Assembly: GCA_052327205.1 (NCBI GenBank)
Contig: CM126219.1
Span: forward strand, 29,760,001 to 29,824,000
Length of the DNA stretch: 64,000 bases
Direction: 5' to 3'
Origin: Somniosus microcephalus
Lineage: Eukaryota
Part shown: piece after piece, positions 36,284 through 48,557 of the stretch
Layout of the letters: each line of letters begins with the position of its first letter
Position numbering within the stretch: the first letter of the stretch is position 1
The notes under the pieces: model-generated
The model's input: only the letters and a program-made list of their open reading frames with translations
Databases searched by the model: none
Told to the model about the DNA's origin: nothing
Position numbers and translations under genes: made by a program

Positions 36284-38724
36284 ATAGAGTCATAGAGTCA
36301 TAGAGTTTTACAGCACAGAAAGAGGCCCTTCGGCCCATCGTGTCTGCGCCGCCCATCCATCCCTGTCCAGTCTAATCCCATTTTCCAGCATTTGGTCCAT
36401 AGCCTTGTATGCAATGGCATTTCAAGTGCTCATCCAAATGCTTCTTGAATGTTGTGAGGGTTCCTGCCTCTACCACCCTTTCAGGCATTGAGTTCCACAT
36501 TCCAACCACCCTCTGGGTGAAAAAGTTCCTCCTCAAATCCCCTCTAAATCTCCTGCCCCTTACCCTGAATCTATGCCCCCTTGTTATTGACCCCCCTACT
36601 AAGGGGAAAAGTTCCTCTTTGTCTACCCTATCTATGCCCCTCATCATTTTGTACACCTCAATCAGGTCCCCCCTCAGCCTTCTTTGCTCCAAGGAAAACA
36701 ACCCCAGCCTGTCCAGCCTCTCTTCATAGCTGAGGCGCTCCATCCCAGGTAACATCCTGGTGAATCTTCTCTGCACCCTCTCCAAAGCAATCACATCCTT
36801 CCTATAGTGAGGCGACCAGAACTGCACACAGTACTCCAGCTGTGGCCTCACCAGCGTTTTGTACAGCTCCATCATCACCTCCCTGCTCTTATATTCTATG
36901 CCTCGGCTAATGAAGGCAAGTATCCCATATGCCTTTTTAACCACCTTATCTACCTGTTCCGCTGCCTTCAGGGATCTATGTACATGTACACCAAGGTCCC
37001 TCTGACCCTCTGTACTTCCTAGGGTCCTACCACTCATTGTGTATTCCCTTGCCTTATTTGTCCGTCCAAAATGCATCACCTCGCACTTTTCAGGGTTAAA
37101 TTCCATTTGCCACTTTTCCGCCCATCTGACCAACCCGTTTATATCGTCCTGTAGCCTGAGGCTTTCCTCCTCACAATTTACCACCCCACCAATTTTCGTG
37201 TCATCTGCGAACTTACTGATCATACCTTTTACATTCTCATCCAAATCATTTATGTAGATCACAAACAACAAGGGACCCAGCACCGATCCCTGAGGTACCC
37301 CACTGGACACAGGCTTCCAGTCACAAAAGCAACCTTCGACCATCACCCTCTGCCTCCTGCCACTCAGCCAGTTTATGATCCAACGCGCCAAGGCACCCTG
37401 GATCCCATGGGCTCTTACCTTCTTGACCAGTCTCCTATGCGGGACTTTGTCAAAAGCTTTACTGAAGTCCATGTAAACCACATCCACAGCATTTCCCTCA
37501 TCCACCCCCCTAGACACCCCCTCGAAAAATTCAATCAGATTTGTCAGACATGATTTACCCTTGACAAAGCCATGCTGACTATCCCCGATTAATCCTTGCC
37601 TCTCCAAGTGGAGACTAATTTTGTCCCTCAGAATTTTTTCCAATAATTTCCCTACCACAGATGTTAGGCTCACTGGCCTGTAATTCCCTGGTTTATCCCT
37701 GCTACCCTTCTTGAATAATGGTACTACGTTAGCTGTTCTCCAGTCCTCTGGTACATCCCCTGTGGCCAGAGAGGTTCTGAAAATTTGTGTCAGAGCCCCT
37801 GCAATCTCCTCCTTTGCCTCCCACAGCAGCCTGGGATACATCTCGTCTGGGCCTGGGGATTTATCCACTTTTTGGCCTGCTAAAACCGCTAGCACCTCCT
37901 CCCTCTCGATGCTAATATGTTCAAGTATGTCACAGCCCCCTTGCCCGATTTCTATGTCTGCATCGTCTTTCTCCATAGTGAACACAGATGCAAAAAATTC
38001 ATTTAAAACCCCGCCTACATCATCTGGCTCTACACACAGATTGCCACTTTGGTCCCTAATGGGCCCTACCCTTTCCCTAGTTATCCTCTTGCCCTTAATA
38101 TACTTATAAAACATCTTAGGATTTTCCTTTATTTTGCTCGCCAGTGTTATTTCATGGCCCCTCCTCGCCCTCCTAATTTCTTTTTTAAGTATGCCCCTGC
38201 ATTTTTTATACTCCTCTAGGGCTTCTTCCGTCTTTAGTCTTTTGTAACTGCCAAAAGCCCCCCTTTTATTTCTAATGCATTTTTGTATATCCCTTGTCAT
38301 CCAAGGTTCCCTTTGCTTGTTGGTCCCACCCTTGACCTTTACAGGAACATGTTGGCGTTGTACTCTCTCTATTTCCCTTCTGAAAGTCTCCCACTGTTTT
38401 GATGCGGATTTTCCTATAAGTAGCTGCTCCCAGTCCAATTTGGCCAGATCCTGCCTTATCATATTAAAATCGGCCTTCCCCCAATTTAGAACCCTTATTT
38501 CCGGGCCGTCTTTGTCTTTTTCCATGACCACCTTAAATCTCACCGAATTGTGGTCACTGTCGCCAAAATGCTCTCCTACTGACACTTCCACCACTTGCCC
38601 GGCTACATTCCCCAGAATTAGGTCCAGTACCGCCCCCTCTCTTGTAGGACTTTCTACATGTTGGCTCAAAAAGCTCTCCTGGATGCACTTTAAGAATTCT
38701 GCACCCTCTAAGCCTTTCACACTC
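36284..38724 (-). mobile_element. Young 5'-truncated CR1 LINE with an uninterrupted ~780-codon ORF2 remnant (APE C-terminus, RT, C-terminal domain)
   Basis: ORF 36372-38768: LDLILGN, SDHN, NYRPVSLTS, DFSKAFD, GVPQGSVLGP, KFADD, LEYCVQFWSP. The 3' tail is an (actctatg)n microsatellite. The first 15 aa of the listed ORF come from flanking L2. Confidence 0.96.
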
Positions 38725-39089
38725 TGCCCCACTCCGCCAATAGTGGGGCAAAGTTGCAGGGTGCACAAGAGGCCAGAGTCAGGGGAACAGAGCGTTCGTT
38801 GGTGGTGGTGGGGGGGGGGGGGGGGGGATTTGGTGAGTTTAGGGCTGAAGGAGGTTGCGGAGATAGGAAGGGGGCGAGGCTATGAGGGATTTAAACACAA
38901 GGATGAGAATTTTAAGTTCGAGGTATTGGGGGACTGCAAACCAAATGAAGGTCAGCAAGAACAGGGTTGATAGATGAGTGAGTCCTGGTGCAGGATAGGA
39001 TACAAGCAGAAGGGTGTTACTCAGGCTGTTAGCTTAATTTCTCCAGTTTTACAACAAAATCTTCCATTTGCATATTAAAAATCACCTAT

Positions 39090-39290
39090 GTTGGGACTGG
39101 GTAGTTCAGTTACGTATCATCCTGTTTCAAAACATAGTTCAATCTCCTTTGGGATCTTTATACTAATGCAGCCAAGAAATAAAATGAAGGTTTTCACTCT
39201 ATGATGGCTATTGAAGGTCAGTAATGAAATAATTTCCAGTATTATTTGCCAATCCCAAGTGGGCTTGGATACACAACACTAACCAATCTA
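39090..39290 (+). mobile_element. Possible very degraded LF-SINE-like element
   Basis: Patchy resemblance to the recalled LF-SINE consensus (gggactgggtagttcagt...tgatggctattgaaggtcagtaatgaaat...cccaagtgggc). Confidence 0.3.
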
Positions 39291-42061
39291 GAATTTAACA
39301 CTCATTCTTCAGATTACATACACAACATTGCTGCACAATGGCAATTCCCATGTTAAAGACTAAATCAAAGCACATTTGTCACAGAGCTGGTTTAATTTCT
39401 CATTGGCACTGCAAACATAGCGAAAATACATTTCAAAATGACAGCTTTATCATTAAGCTCTGGTAACAGAACAATCCCTACTCGCGATCTATATTCAGTG
39501 TCCTTTCCTGACCTTCTGAATTGGCAACTGGTCTTGACTGCCAACACTTATTGGCAAGGTTGGACTGAGAACATTTACTTCTGTAATTTGTTGGCATAAT
39601 TTTTTTTAAACTGCCAACTTTGACATTTCCTTTCCTATTCCTCGCTGTCCAGTGCTGGAACGCTAAAACCGTAGATAAAGATTCTATCCATTTCAGTGTC
39701 TACTCAAACATGAATTCATTCAGAAATTAAAAAGTACTTTTTCTTTAAGTAGTTTGCCATATGTTTAATCCCCTTTACACAGCTCTTTTCTACCTCATCA
39801 ACAAAAGGTTTTACAATAATAAAGTACCATATGCACGGGTGTTCACCAAATGGTAAATTCAATCTTCTTAAGCTTTCCTGTTTTCCTTTAAAAAGTCACG
39901 CGAAGTAAGCACATTAGCTGATCGCCTGTCGGATTGTTCACAGGTAGCCTGAAGCAGGTCTTTTTTTTGGGCAGCTAGATATTCGACAACAGAAAACCAT
40001 TGCAGTGCTCAACACCATACCCGAAACAAGCTACTGACAAATCCACACAGTTGGAGTATCTGTTTACCTACTACAGAGTCCAATCTCTTCGTACAGACTC
40101 ACACTACTTACCTCAATGCAGAGCGCTTGGGTGCAGGTTGGCAACAACCAAGGCTTAGGAACCTCAAGAGTGCACAGCAGAGCTGCTGAAGTTTAATCAG
40201 CTACGGATTATGCAACTCACTAGCACAGAGCACTGGCAAACTTCCCAGGGCTTATCCTGCCAGGCCACCCTACATAGACTGGTTGTGCCAAAGGGCCTGT
40301 TTTCTGTGTTGTAATTTCTGTGTAAAATTTCGCTGCATTTGCTCTGCAGGGTTATCTGAAAGAAACCCAGCCTCCAGCTCAGGTATTGGATTAACAAATC
40401 TGCCCCACAGGTTGATTCGGTTCAATCACCAGATGTTTAATCTCAGAGCCAAATTGTCTCCAAAGAGAAACTGTTTAACCGCTCCCCAATCCCGGAGAAG
40501 GATAACAACTAGTTAGTCATGAGACAACTGACTGGCTGAAATTTGGGTCTTGCCAGGCAGATAGCAGGTACCAGGAACTCCTCACAAGCAAAATAGTGAG
40601 CAACATGGCGCAGTTATAAAATGCATCATCCTTTTGACCACAGCATGGACAAACACCGTGGCCCACTGAACAACAGCTGCACCAGTTGGTAGTGTGGAAC
40701 TTCAGCAGCTAATTGATGGTTTGACACCCAATGATGGTCAGTACCGAGAATGCATACATGAGTATGTTCTCATACTTAGCCTCCAGATATTGCCATTCAG
40801 CAGTTGCCATCCCAAGTCTCTCAGTTTCTGGATCAGCTACATGATGAACATCTGACTTTAGCACACTGGAAGGGCAGCTCCAAGGTGAGTCAATGGTTCT
40901 TAACACTGACCTCAAACACTTGAACACAGTTGTGATGGTTAACTGCTTGAGTGCTGCTATTCTTTATGGGCACTGTTCAGCTGCTCCCAATGGAAAAGTG
41001 GTCAAATTAAGCACACCTTAACATCAATTAGAGGCTAGTTGCTGTTGCGGAAGTAAGTTTTTCTAGATTGGCAGCTGCCTGTAAATAACTTGCTCTTTCC
41101 CTGGGCCACGTTATCAAGGGCAGACGAGACCAGCGGGGAGTGACTGCATTTTTTTCCTCTTTCTAAATTCTTCTCTCCCCTCCCCACCCCCGGAAAGTTT
41201 GTTCAGAGGTGATGTGCATGACTCATTTTCCGCGTATGATAAAATGCGACAATTTAATGGGTGATACCTTGAGGCATCACATACATGTACTGGGTGCAAG
41301 ATTTTTGTGCACTTTTTATTCTGATGGAACTCCCACGGCATTGCTCTCAGTAAATTAGAGGCTACACTGTTTAATTTCCCAATGTACAATATATTAACTT
41401 GGTCAATGATTCATGATGATTGCATTAAAACGCAATTTGATTTATTCAGTGTATTGTGGGAGTGTTAATGGCATTTTCAGGACTGAATTACATGATTGCA
41501 TGCATGTTTGATAAAGAGGAGGAGATTATAATGGGGCAACGAGAATGCATTGTGTGTGTTGGTAAATTTTAGGACATTCTGTTAAACAAAGAAAAAACAG
41601 AGTTTACAGCTAGCTTCCACTTAGGGCAGGAGTCTGGCTTTTCTAAATGTGGGATGGGATTCCCTATGGCGTCAATGTGCTACATTTGCTCTAGTCACCC
41701 ACAACCCACCATCCTGCCATAAACTGCCCCCGGACACCCCACTCCCACCAGGGTCCCTTCATTGACCCCCTTACTGCAACCCCAGCCCAGTCCTCCTGCT
41801 GAAGACAGGAACCAGACTTTTGTTTGTGCTCTACAGAGCTTCCCCCAGGCGAAGATCCCATTTTATTTAAATTTCAGTAAAGCAGCCAAAATTGGGGCAC
41901 TTGTTACTAAACAATTTTTATGTGGAGACCAATGTTCGTGGATTCTTGCAAGGACAAGCCCATGACAGTCCAAGTATAGAGAACTGGAACTCTTTGTGGT
42001 GTGGGACAGAAATGTGACTGCAGCCCGCCGTGCATTGAACACTTCTGTAATCAGATACAGT

Positions 42062-42512
42062 CTTCTTCTTCTTAGGCAGTCCCTCGGAACCGAGGATGAC
42101 TTGCTTCCACATTAAAAATGAGTTCGCAGGTGACTGATGAGTCCAATGCGGGACCTACAGTCTCTGTCACAGGTGGGGCAGACGGTGGTTGAAGGGGTGG
42201 GTGGGTGGGGTGCTTGGGTTGACGTGCGCTGCTTGTGCTGCTTGTGCTTGGCTTCCGCTTGCTCCCGGCGAAGACACTCGAGGTGTTCGGCGCCTTCCCG
42301 GCTGCTTCTCCTCCACTTTGTGCGTTCTTGGGCCAGGGATTCCCAGGTGCCAGTGGGGATGTTACACTTTTTCAAGGAGGCTTTGAGGGTGTCCTTGAAG
42401 CATTTCCTCTGCCCACCTGGGGCTCTCTTGCCATGCCGGAGCTCCGAGTAGAGTGCTTGTTTTGGGAGTCTCGTATCGGGCATGCAGACAATGTGACCCG
42501 TCCATCGGAGCT
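42062..42512 (-). mobile_element. RTE-clade LINE 3' fragment
   Basis: ORF RLPKQALYSELRHGKR..GGQRKCFKDTLK ending in the C2H2 finger CPTCDRDCRSRIGLISHLRTH; (GAA)n tail; 8-bp TSD GATACAGT at 42054-42061 and 42513-42520. Confidence 0.92.
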
Positions 42513-42859
42513 GATACAGTAGTGGCTAATATTGGAGCAAATCAAATGCTTGAACACTGTATTTAGCTCAAGGCTTCACAGCCCGTCTAGAAATGCACTG
42601 AACTAGTAAAGATCAGCAGATCTCCCATAGTACTGTTTATGGTAGGTTGGAGCATTCACTGTTTAAGCAGAATAGGAGCATTATACCAAGTAACACACAA
42701 TGTTATTCTGCTGCTCAATGCAGCTGTGACTAACATAGTTATGTCTAACCTTTAAGACGATGAGGTGCAATTTCTGCGCCTTCCTCCTCAGATTTCTATG
42801 GATGGTGTGTAGCATTGTAAATTGGAGGACACGATATCGGATGCAGCGTAACACAGAAT

Positions 42860-43006
42860 GGGAGTAATTTTCACCTTCACTGCTTTGTAATTTGGCAGAG
42901 TGGATCGCCGTGAGATCAACTGGAAGAAGATTGGGCAGTTTCTTACAACAGGCGGGCTATTCACCAGCAGATTACTGCCCAGGTGGTGAAAATAAAAATT
43001 ACCGTC
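42860..43006. repeat. Short degraded palindromic MITE-like element
   Basis: gtaattttcacc at the left vs ggtgaaaataaaaattacc at the right. Confidence 0.4.
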
Positions 43007-43106
43007 ACGATGTCATCATGACCAGAAGAGCTGAAAATGCATTTTGATTATATGGTACTGCTAACAGTATTTTTGGACTTGAAATTTAGTTGACTATGTG
43101 CCTGTT

Positions 43107-43165
43107 GGCAATAAATCCCAGCCTTGCCAGCAATGCCCACATCCTAAGAATGAATTAAACAAAAC
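43107..43165 (+). mobile_element. Zenon-like 3' tail remnant
   Basis: ggcaataaat..ccttgccagcaatgcccacatcc matches 27796-27845. Confidence 0.7.
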
Positions 43166-46100
43166 CATGAGCATCTGGTGCAGGGCTGAGAGATATGGGA
43201 GCACGGGGAAGGGGGGAGGGGGGGGTGGGTCTGTGGTCTAGCAACTCCAGGACTGGTGTCTCAAGGTCCACAAGTGGTGAGCAGGAGGTGCTGAGATGTG
43301 CTACTGTTGGGAGGGTGGCCCTGAGAAGAGTAGAGGACTGAGGGCATTGAGATGGAGGGTCGAGAGATATGGGAGGACTTAGAGGGGAGTTCCGGGTATG
43401 ATAGCACAAGGAGTCTGATAGTGGGGTGGAAGGGGCTGCGGTCTTGGGGCATAGAAGTGGTAGGGAAGAAATGGAAGAGATTGCTGAAGCGTGGGAGCAT
43501 TGTGGGTATTGTTGTCGTCAGCAATTTGAAATTGCAGTCTGCTGGATCGGGGTGGGAATGGAGTAGATAAGTCCCCAGCTTCATTTTAACTGCCCCCTGG
43601 ATTCCGCTGGGCAAAATCGACCTTACTGATTCTAATACATTATTAATAGGACTGCCATGCCATTACTCATGGTGAGTTGGATGATGTACTGTTTTAGAAC
43701 GAGCATACTATACCGTGAAATGGAAAATGTATTATTCTGCTACCAAGGTAAACCTGCCTCTCTTTAAAGGCCATAAAATCTATTTACTATTAAGGTTTTA
43801 GGTCACAAACCCGACTTAAAAATATATATATATTTAATATTTATACAGATACTCGGAGGCTATAGACATTTTGGCTCCCATGTGAAATGACTGCTCTTGT
43901 TTCTTTACACTTATTTTGAAGTATGATAAAGAAAGTTGAGCGTGACACTTGATGTGCAATACATATTATAGCGAGAGAGAGAGAGAAAGAGAGAGAGAGA
44001 TGTGTTTTTCTTAATGTGACCTGATCAATAATGGCCTGTTTTTTATGTAATGACCTCTGTCCATTAATTACTGTGGTTATCAACCTTTAATCTCTGGGTT
44101 CAAACTCCATCACGAGGGAAGTAACCTATTTGATCCTAATGTGGCCTTATTTACAGTTTTTTTTCCCCATCAATAACTCTAGGAGTCAGTATTCAACCGG
44201 CCATTGACATCAACATTTGTACTTATTTGTTACTGTGTCAATAAAAATCAACACCAACTGAGCAAGGACTCTCCTGAGAATGACAAACTTAAGAGGCATT
44301 AGGATCTGCCTTTTAGTGCCAGCAGCTCATACTGAATTGAAGATTAAGTAGATTTAAATAATTACTGTTCAATGTTAAGGATCTCTCTTTTAATTCTGTG
44401 CCTTTAAAGTTGGAATCAAGAATTAGCTGTTAAGATAGCAACATTGAAAACATCACAATAAATACCTGACAAAGGATTTAAATTTACTTAGACAGCACTT
44501 TCATTTTTTTGTGTTTGTAATTCTCCCACCTCTTCCACACCCCACCCCCACCCATTATATGCTCTCATTCTCAGTTGGTAGCAAGACAGTACAGCTCAAA
44601 CATCTACATAGGCACTGGCAATGAGGTGTCTTTATTGACTAGCCAAAAATCAAATTGGAGTGCTATGGGTAGACACCCACTGCAAGAAATGTCCTTTCTC
44701 TTCCAGATTCAGCAAGTCAGCTGCGACAAGCAAACGCGCTCCCTCATGTAGGGAGTGGTGAGGTCAGTAGCTGGAATGCAGAGGTGGCTAGAACACAAAC
44801 ATAGGTCACCTGGAGTAAAATCTAAATCACTTCGCTCTGTAGTTACTGGACTGCTCTTGGTTACCATCTTGAGCAAGCTGAGCATAATTTGGATTCAGAA
44901 CTATGAGGTCATGCCAAATATTGCACTACAGGCTTACATTAAGGCAGGTCAAAAATTTGAAGTAAACCAGAGTGGAATTTCTCTCAATTTAACAAGTTGA
45001 AACCTGAATCAAGGAAGCCCATTTGGAAAGGAGCCAAATTTTATTTGACTATTGATACGTAAGCTGGGAAGCTTAGATATTGGCCGGAGTATAACAAGCT
45101 TGAACCCTCCGGGCTGAACTAAAGCAACCATCCAAATTCAGAGTAAAATAGTTAACTGTATCTAATAAAGCTGTCCTAACAATAGCACCATAAAAGATGT
45201 TTGATAATTTGACAGTCTAAATTAAAAAAAATTAAGATCCAATGAAACCAATATTACAGAATCACCAGGACATATTTTTCATGTAAATTTGATTCTGGAG
45301 CAGTCGATGTAATAGCTTCTGATCCAAATATAAAAAAAGGTATTAAGGACAGAAATCATCTGGGGGAAGTATTTTTGCTACAAAGGACTGAGAATTTGGC
45401 CAGTGAGACCCTGCAATAGGAAATAATACCCTATAATGACAGGGCCTAATGAAGAAGCCAATATAGAGGCACCACAGTTTTTAAAAAGCCAGATGCTCAC
45501 AATGCAATTAATGCTGGGTACAGTATTAAATGTAAAAATAATTGATCACACCAGTGTGTCAAATGGCTATTCAGATCACCTTATATTAAACAAAATCTAA
45601 GCTGCATTCACATTAACACCTAAGGGAGTGAACTGTACCTATAATGTTGTGTTATTTCAGTACAAGATTAGCATTGCCGCTCAGTTGCGAGGCCATAAGC
45701 TATGCTGTTCCTAAAACAATGGCGTCATTTTCCCCAGGCATAGGAGGATGATGACATCAGAAGGTGCTTCAACCAACAGCCGACTATGAATCCTGGCGAT
45801 GACAAAGGCTACCGACATGCATCCTGCGATCGGAACCTAGGGCTATATGATCAGGACTATTCTTCTGCTCCTACTGCAAAATACGGAACATACTACAGTT
45901 CTAAAACTTGAAATTAGCACAATTTCCCTCTTTTTCTTTTCAGATTTTGACCAATATTAATCTTTGTAGACTGTGTGCAAACATGTCCCTATTGATTTAG
46001 CTGACTGCAAACTGACTTGCTTCACTGGTCTCCACAATCATTAGTGCGTCTAAAGCACCTGAAATGGATCTATATTAATGTTACATTAAAAATTTCACAG

Positions 46101-47990
46101 ATGAACACTTTTAAAAATTGGGAAATGCAAAATTCCTGCGCTGTAATTTATTTACCGTGTGATCAGTTCTGAGTCTACAAGGATTAAGCACCTTTAACCC
46201 TTGCACCATCAGATCAGTTTTGCTTTAGAATTGCCAAGAGTCATCTGATATTAGAATGCGTTGTTATATTGTGCAACTATTACCTATAAAAGGTATAATT
46301 GCACTACTTATATTTCTGGGACAGTTATTAACCAAGGTAATCTTGAAAACCATAAATGTCTAACAGACTTAACAGTTGAAGAAACACTATAATTAGACTT
46401 CTAACTTCAACCCTGATGTAGCTCTGTACCAACCGAAAAAGGTTGCTGCAGCAGTCAGAGGACTTCAGTAATGCACACTTACTGAAAAAACAGATTTGAT
46501 TTGTACCATCTGTCGAGGCTCAGTATCTGTGGTTTATTTCTGAACCTGACATGACTTTCATACATTCATCCATTAACAACCACAGTCAGCCCGCACTTGG
46601 GTTATGACCGCTGAAATCATTCAAATCAATGAGAAGTGAACAGATACAAAAACATGTGTAGCAGCACCAAGGCTAAACCCCAAGATTACTTTCTTCCATT
46701 TGGCCCCTCTTTCTTTTCTTTTTGTGTACGTCTCCACTTTCTGTACCTTCCTATCCCACCTGCCTTAATTTCTTTTTGTTGTCTTCATTTTTCTCACCTC
46801 CCAAAATCCGTTCCAGCGGTTTTTGACTTTTGCTCAACTTCCCTTTCTCCCTTGTCTCAGGTCAAAGGCTTTCACAGCGCGTTATCAATCAAAATTTGAC
46901 ACCAAGCCATATAAGCAGATATTAGGACAGGAGGTGTAGGTTTTCAGGAGCATCTTAAAGGAGGAGTGGGGTAGAGAGATGGAACAGAGACCCAACCAGT
47001 CTCCTTCCACCACCACCTTTCCTCCACCTGGTGAACTTGTTCTCACATTGAACAACTTCTCCTTTGATTCCACTCACCACCTCCAAATTAAAGATGTTGC
47101 TATGGGTACCCACATGGGTTCTAGCTATGCCTGCCTTTTCATGGGATATGTGGAACATTCTTTGTTCCAGTCCTACTCAGGTTCCCTCCCTCACCTCTTT
47201 TTCCGGTACATTGATGACTGTATTGGTGCCGTTTCCTGCTCTCGCCCTGAACTAGAAAATTTCATTCACTTTGCTTCCAATTTCCACCCTTCCATCAACT
47301 TCACATGGTCCATCTCCGAATCTTCCCTTCCTCGACTTCTCTATTTCCATTTCTGGAGATAGGCTATTGACAAACATCCACTATAAGCCCACTAACTCCC
47401 ACAGCTACCTGGACTATACTTCCTCCCACCCTGCTTCTTGTAAGGACTCTATTCCAGTCTACCAGTTTCTCCGCATCCGTTGCATCTGTTCTGATGATGC
47501 TACCTTCCATACTAGTGCTCCAGATATGTCTTCCTTTTTTCTCAACCGAGGATTCCCCTCTACCGTGGTTGACATGGCCCTCGACCATGTCCGTTCCATT
47601 TCCCGCACTTCGGCTCTCACCCCTTTCCCTCCCTCCCAGAACCACATAGGGTTCCTTTGGTCCTCACCTTTCACCCCACCAGCCTCCACATTCAAAGGAT
47701 CATCCTCTGTCATTTCTGCCACCTCCAGCATGATCCCACCACCAAACAGATCTTCCCCTCCCCTCCCCTTACAGCATTCCGAAGGGATCACTGTCTCCGT
47801 GACACCCTGGTTCACTCCTCAATCACCCCCAACACTCCCTCCCCTTCCAACACACGGGAGATGCAACATCTGCCCTTTTACCTCCTCCATCCACACTGTC
47901 CAGGGCCCCAAACACTCCTTCCAGGTGAAACAGCGATTTACTTGTACTTCTTACAAATTAGTGTACTGTGTTTGCTGCTCACGATGTGGT

Positions 47991-48279
47991 TGTAGGAGTC
48001 TACGTACTCCTAGCAAAAAATACTGAACTCGGAGAGGTTCAACAGAAAAGGTTTAATTGTTGAGGCTGCATGCTGAACACAAAATGGAGTCAGAGACTAC
48101 ACAAAGTACAACTCTCTTTCATCAGTGCACAGCTTAGACTGCTCCTCCCCCGCTCTGGGCTTAACTATGTTGCAGATCGAGTTTCTTAAAGGTGTGATCC
48201 TTCTTAAAAGCATGACGCCTGATTTATAGTCTACGGACCGGAAAGCGGATTGTGTCCGTTCTGTGATCGGTACGCCACA
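47991..48279 (-). mobile_element. Solo LTR, 289 bp
   Basis: TGT...ACA termini; 4-bp TSD TGGT/CGGT (one CpG-type transition); minus-strand TATAAA (48228-48223) upstream of ATTAAA (48057-48052). Removal restores the Penelope GIY-YIG coding sequence. Confidence 0.8.
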
Positions 48280-48516
48280 CGGTCTCCTCTACATTGGGGA
48301 GATCAAATGCAGATTGGGTGACCGCTTTGCGGAACACCTCCGTTCAGTCTGTTAGCATGACCCCGAGCTTCCGGTCACCTGTCACTAATTCCCCACTCCA
48401 CTCCCACTCTGACCTCTGCCTTTTACACTGTTCCAATGACCCTTTCCTTTTGTTCTTTCCTCCCCTCCCCCCTTTCCCTGCCCTTGCTTAAAATCTGTTT
48501 CATCTCTAACGTTTTC

Positions 48517-48557
48517 CAGTTCTGACGAAAGGGTCATTGACCTGAAACATTAACCCT
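48517..48557 (+). ncRNA. Minimal type I hammerhead-ribozyme-like motif in the Penelope terminal repeat, probably inactivated
   Basis: cagtt-CTGACGA-aa-GGGTC att GACCT-GAAA-CATT-aaccctg: core boxes CUGANGA and GAAA around a stem II hairpin, with a short stem I (gtt/aac). Confidence 0.6.

Larger units (their letters stand above)
35917..39010 (-). mobile_element. L2 3' fragment split by two later insertions (pieces ~35917-36025, 36191-36283, 38727-39010)
   Basis: acaacaacaa tail; the pieces join into one continuous L2 3' sequence homologous to the reverse complement of 13570-14001. Confidence 0.75.

Noticed and set aside
36372-38768. 798-aa ORF as a host gene
   Set aside because: It is CR1 ORF2. 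The listed start is a TTG in flanking L2 sequence, and the endonuclease N-terminus is missing.
43155-43614. Overlapping ORFs in purine-rich sequence
   Set aside because: No recognisable domain or splice-consistent frame; probably a decayed repeat that I cannot assign.
45740-45860. C/D-box snoRNA (ATGATGA)
   Set aside because: No CTGA D box or terminal stem at a suitable distance, and it is antisense to the host gene.
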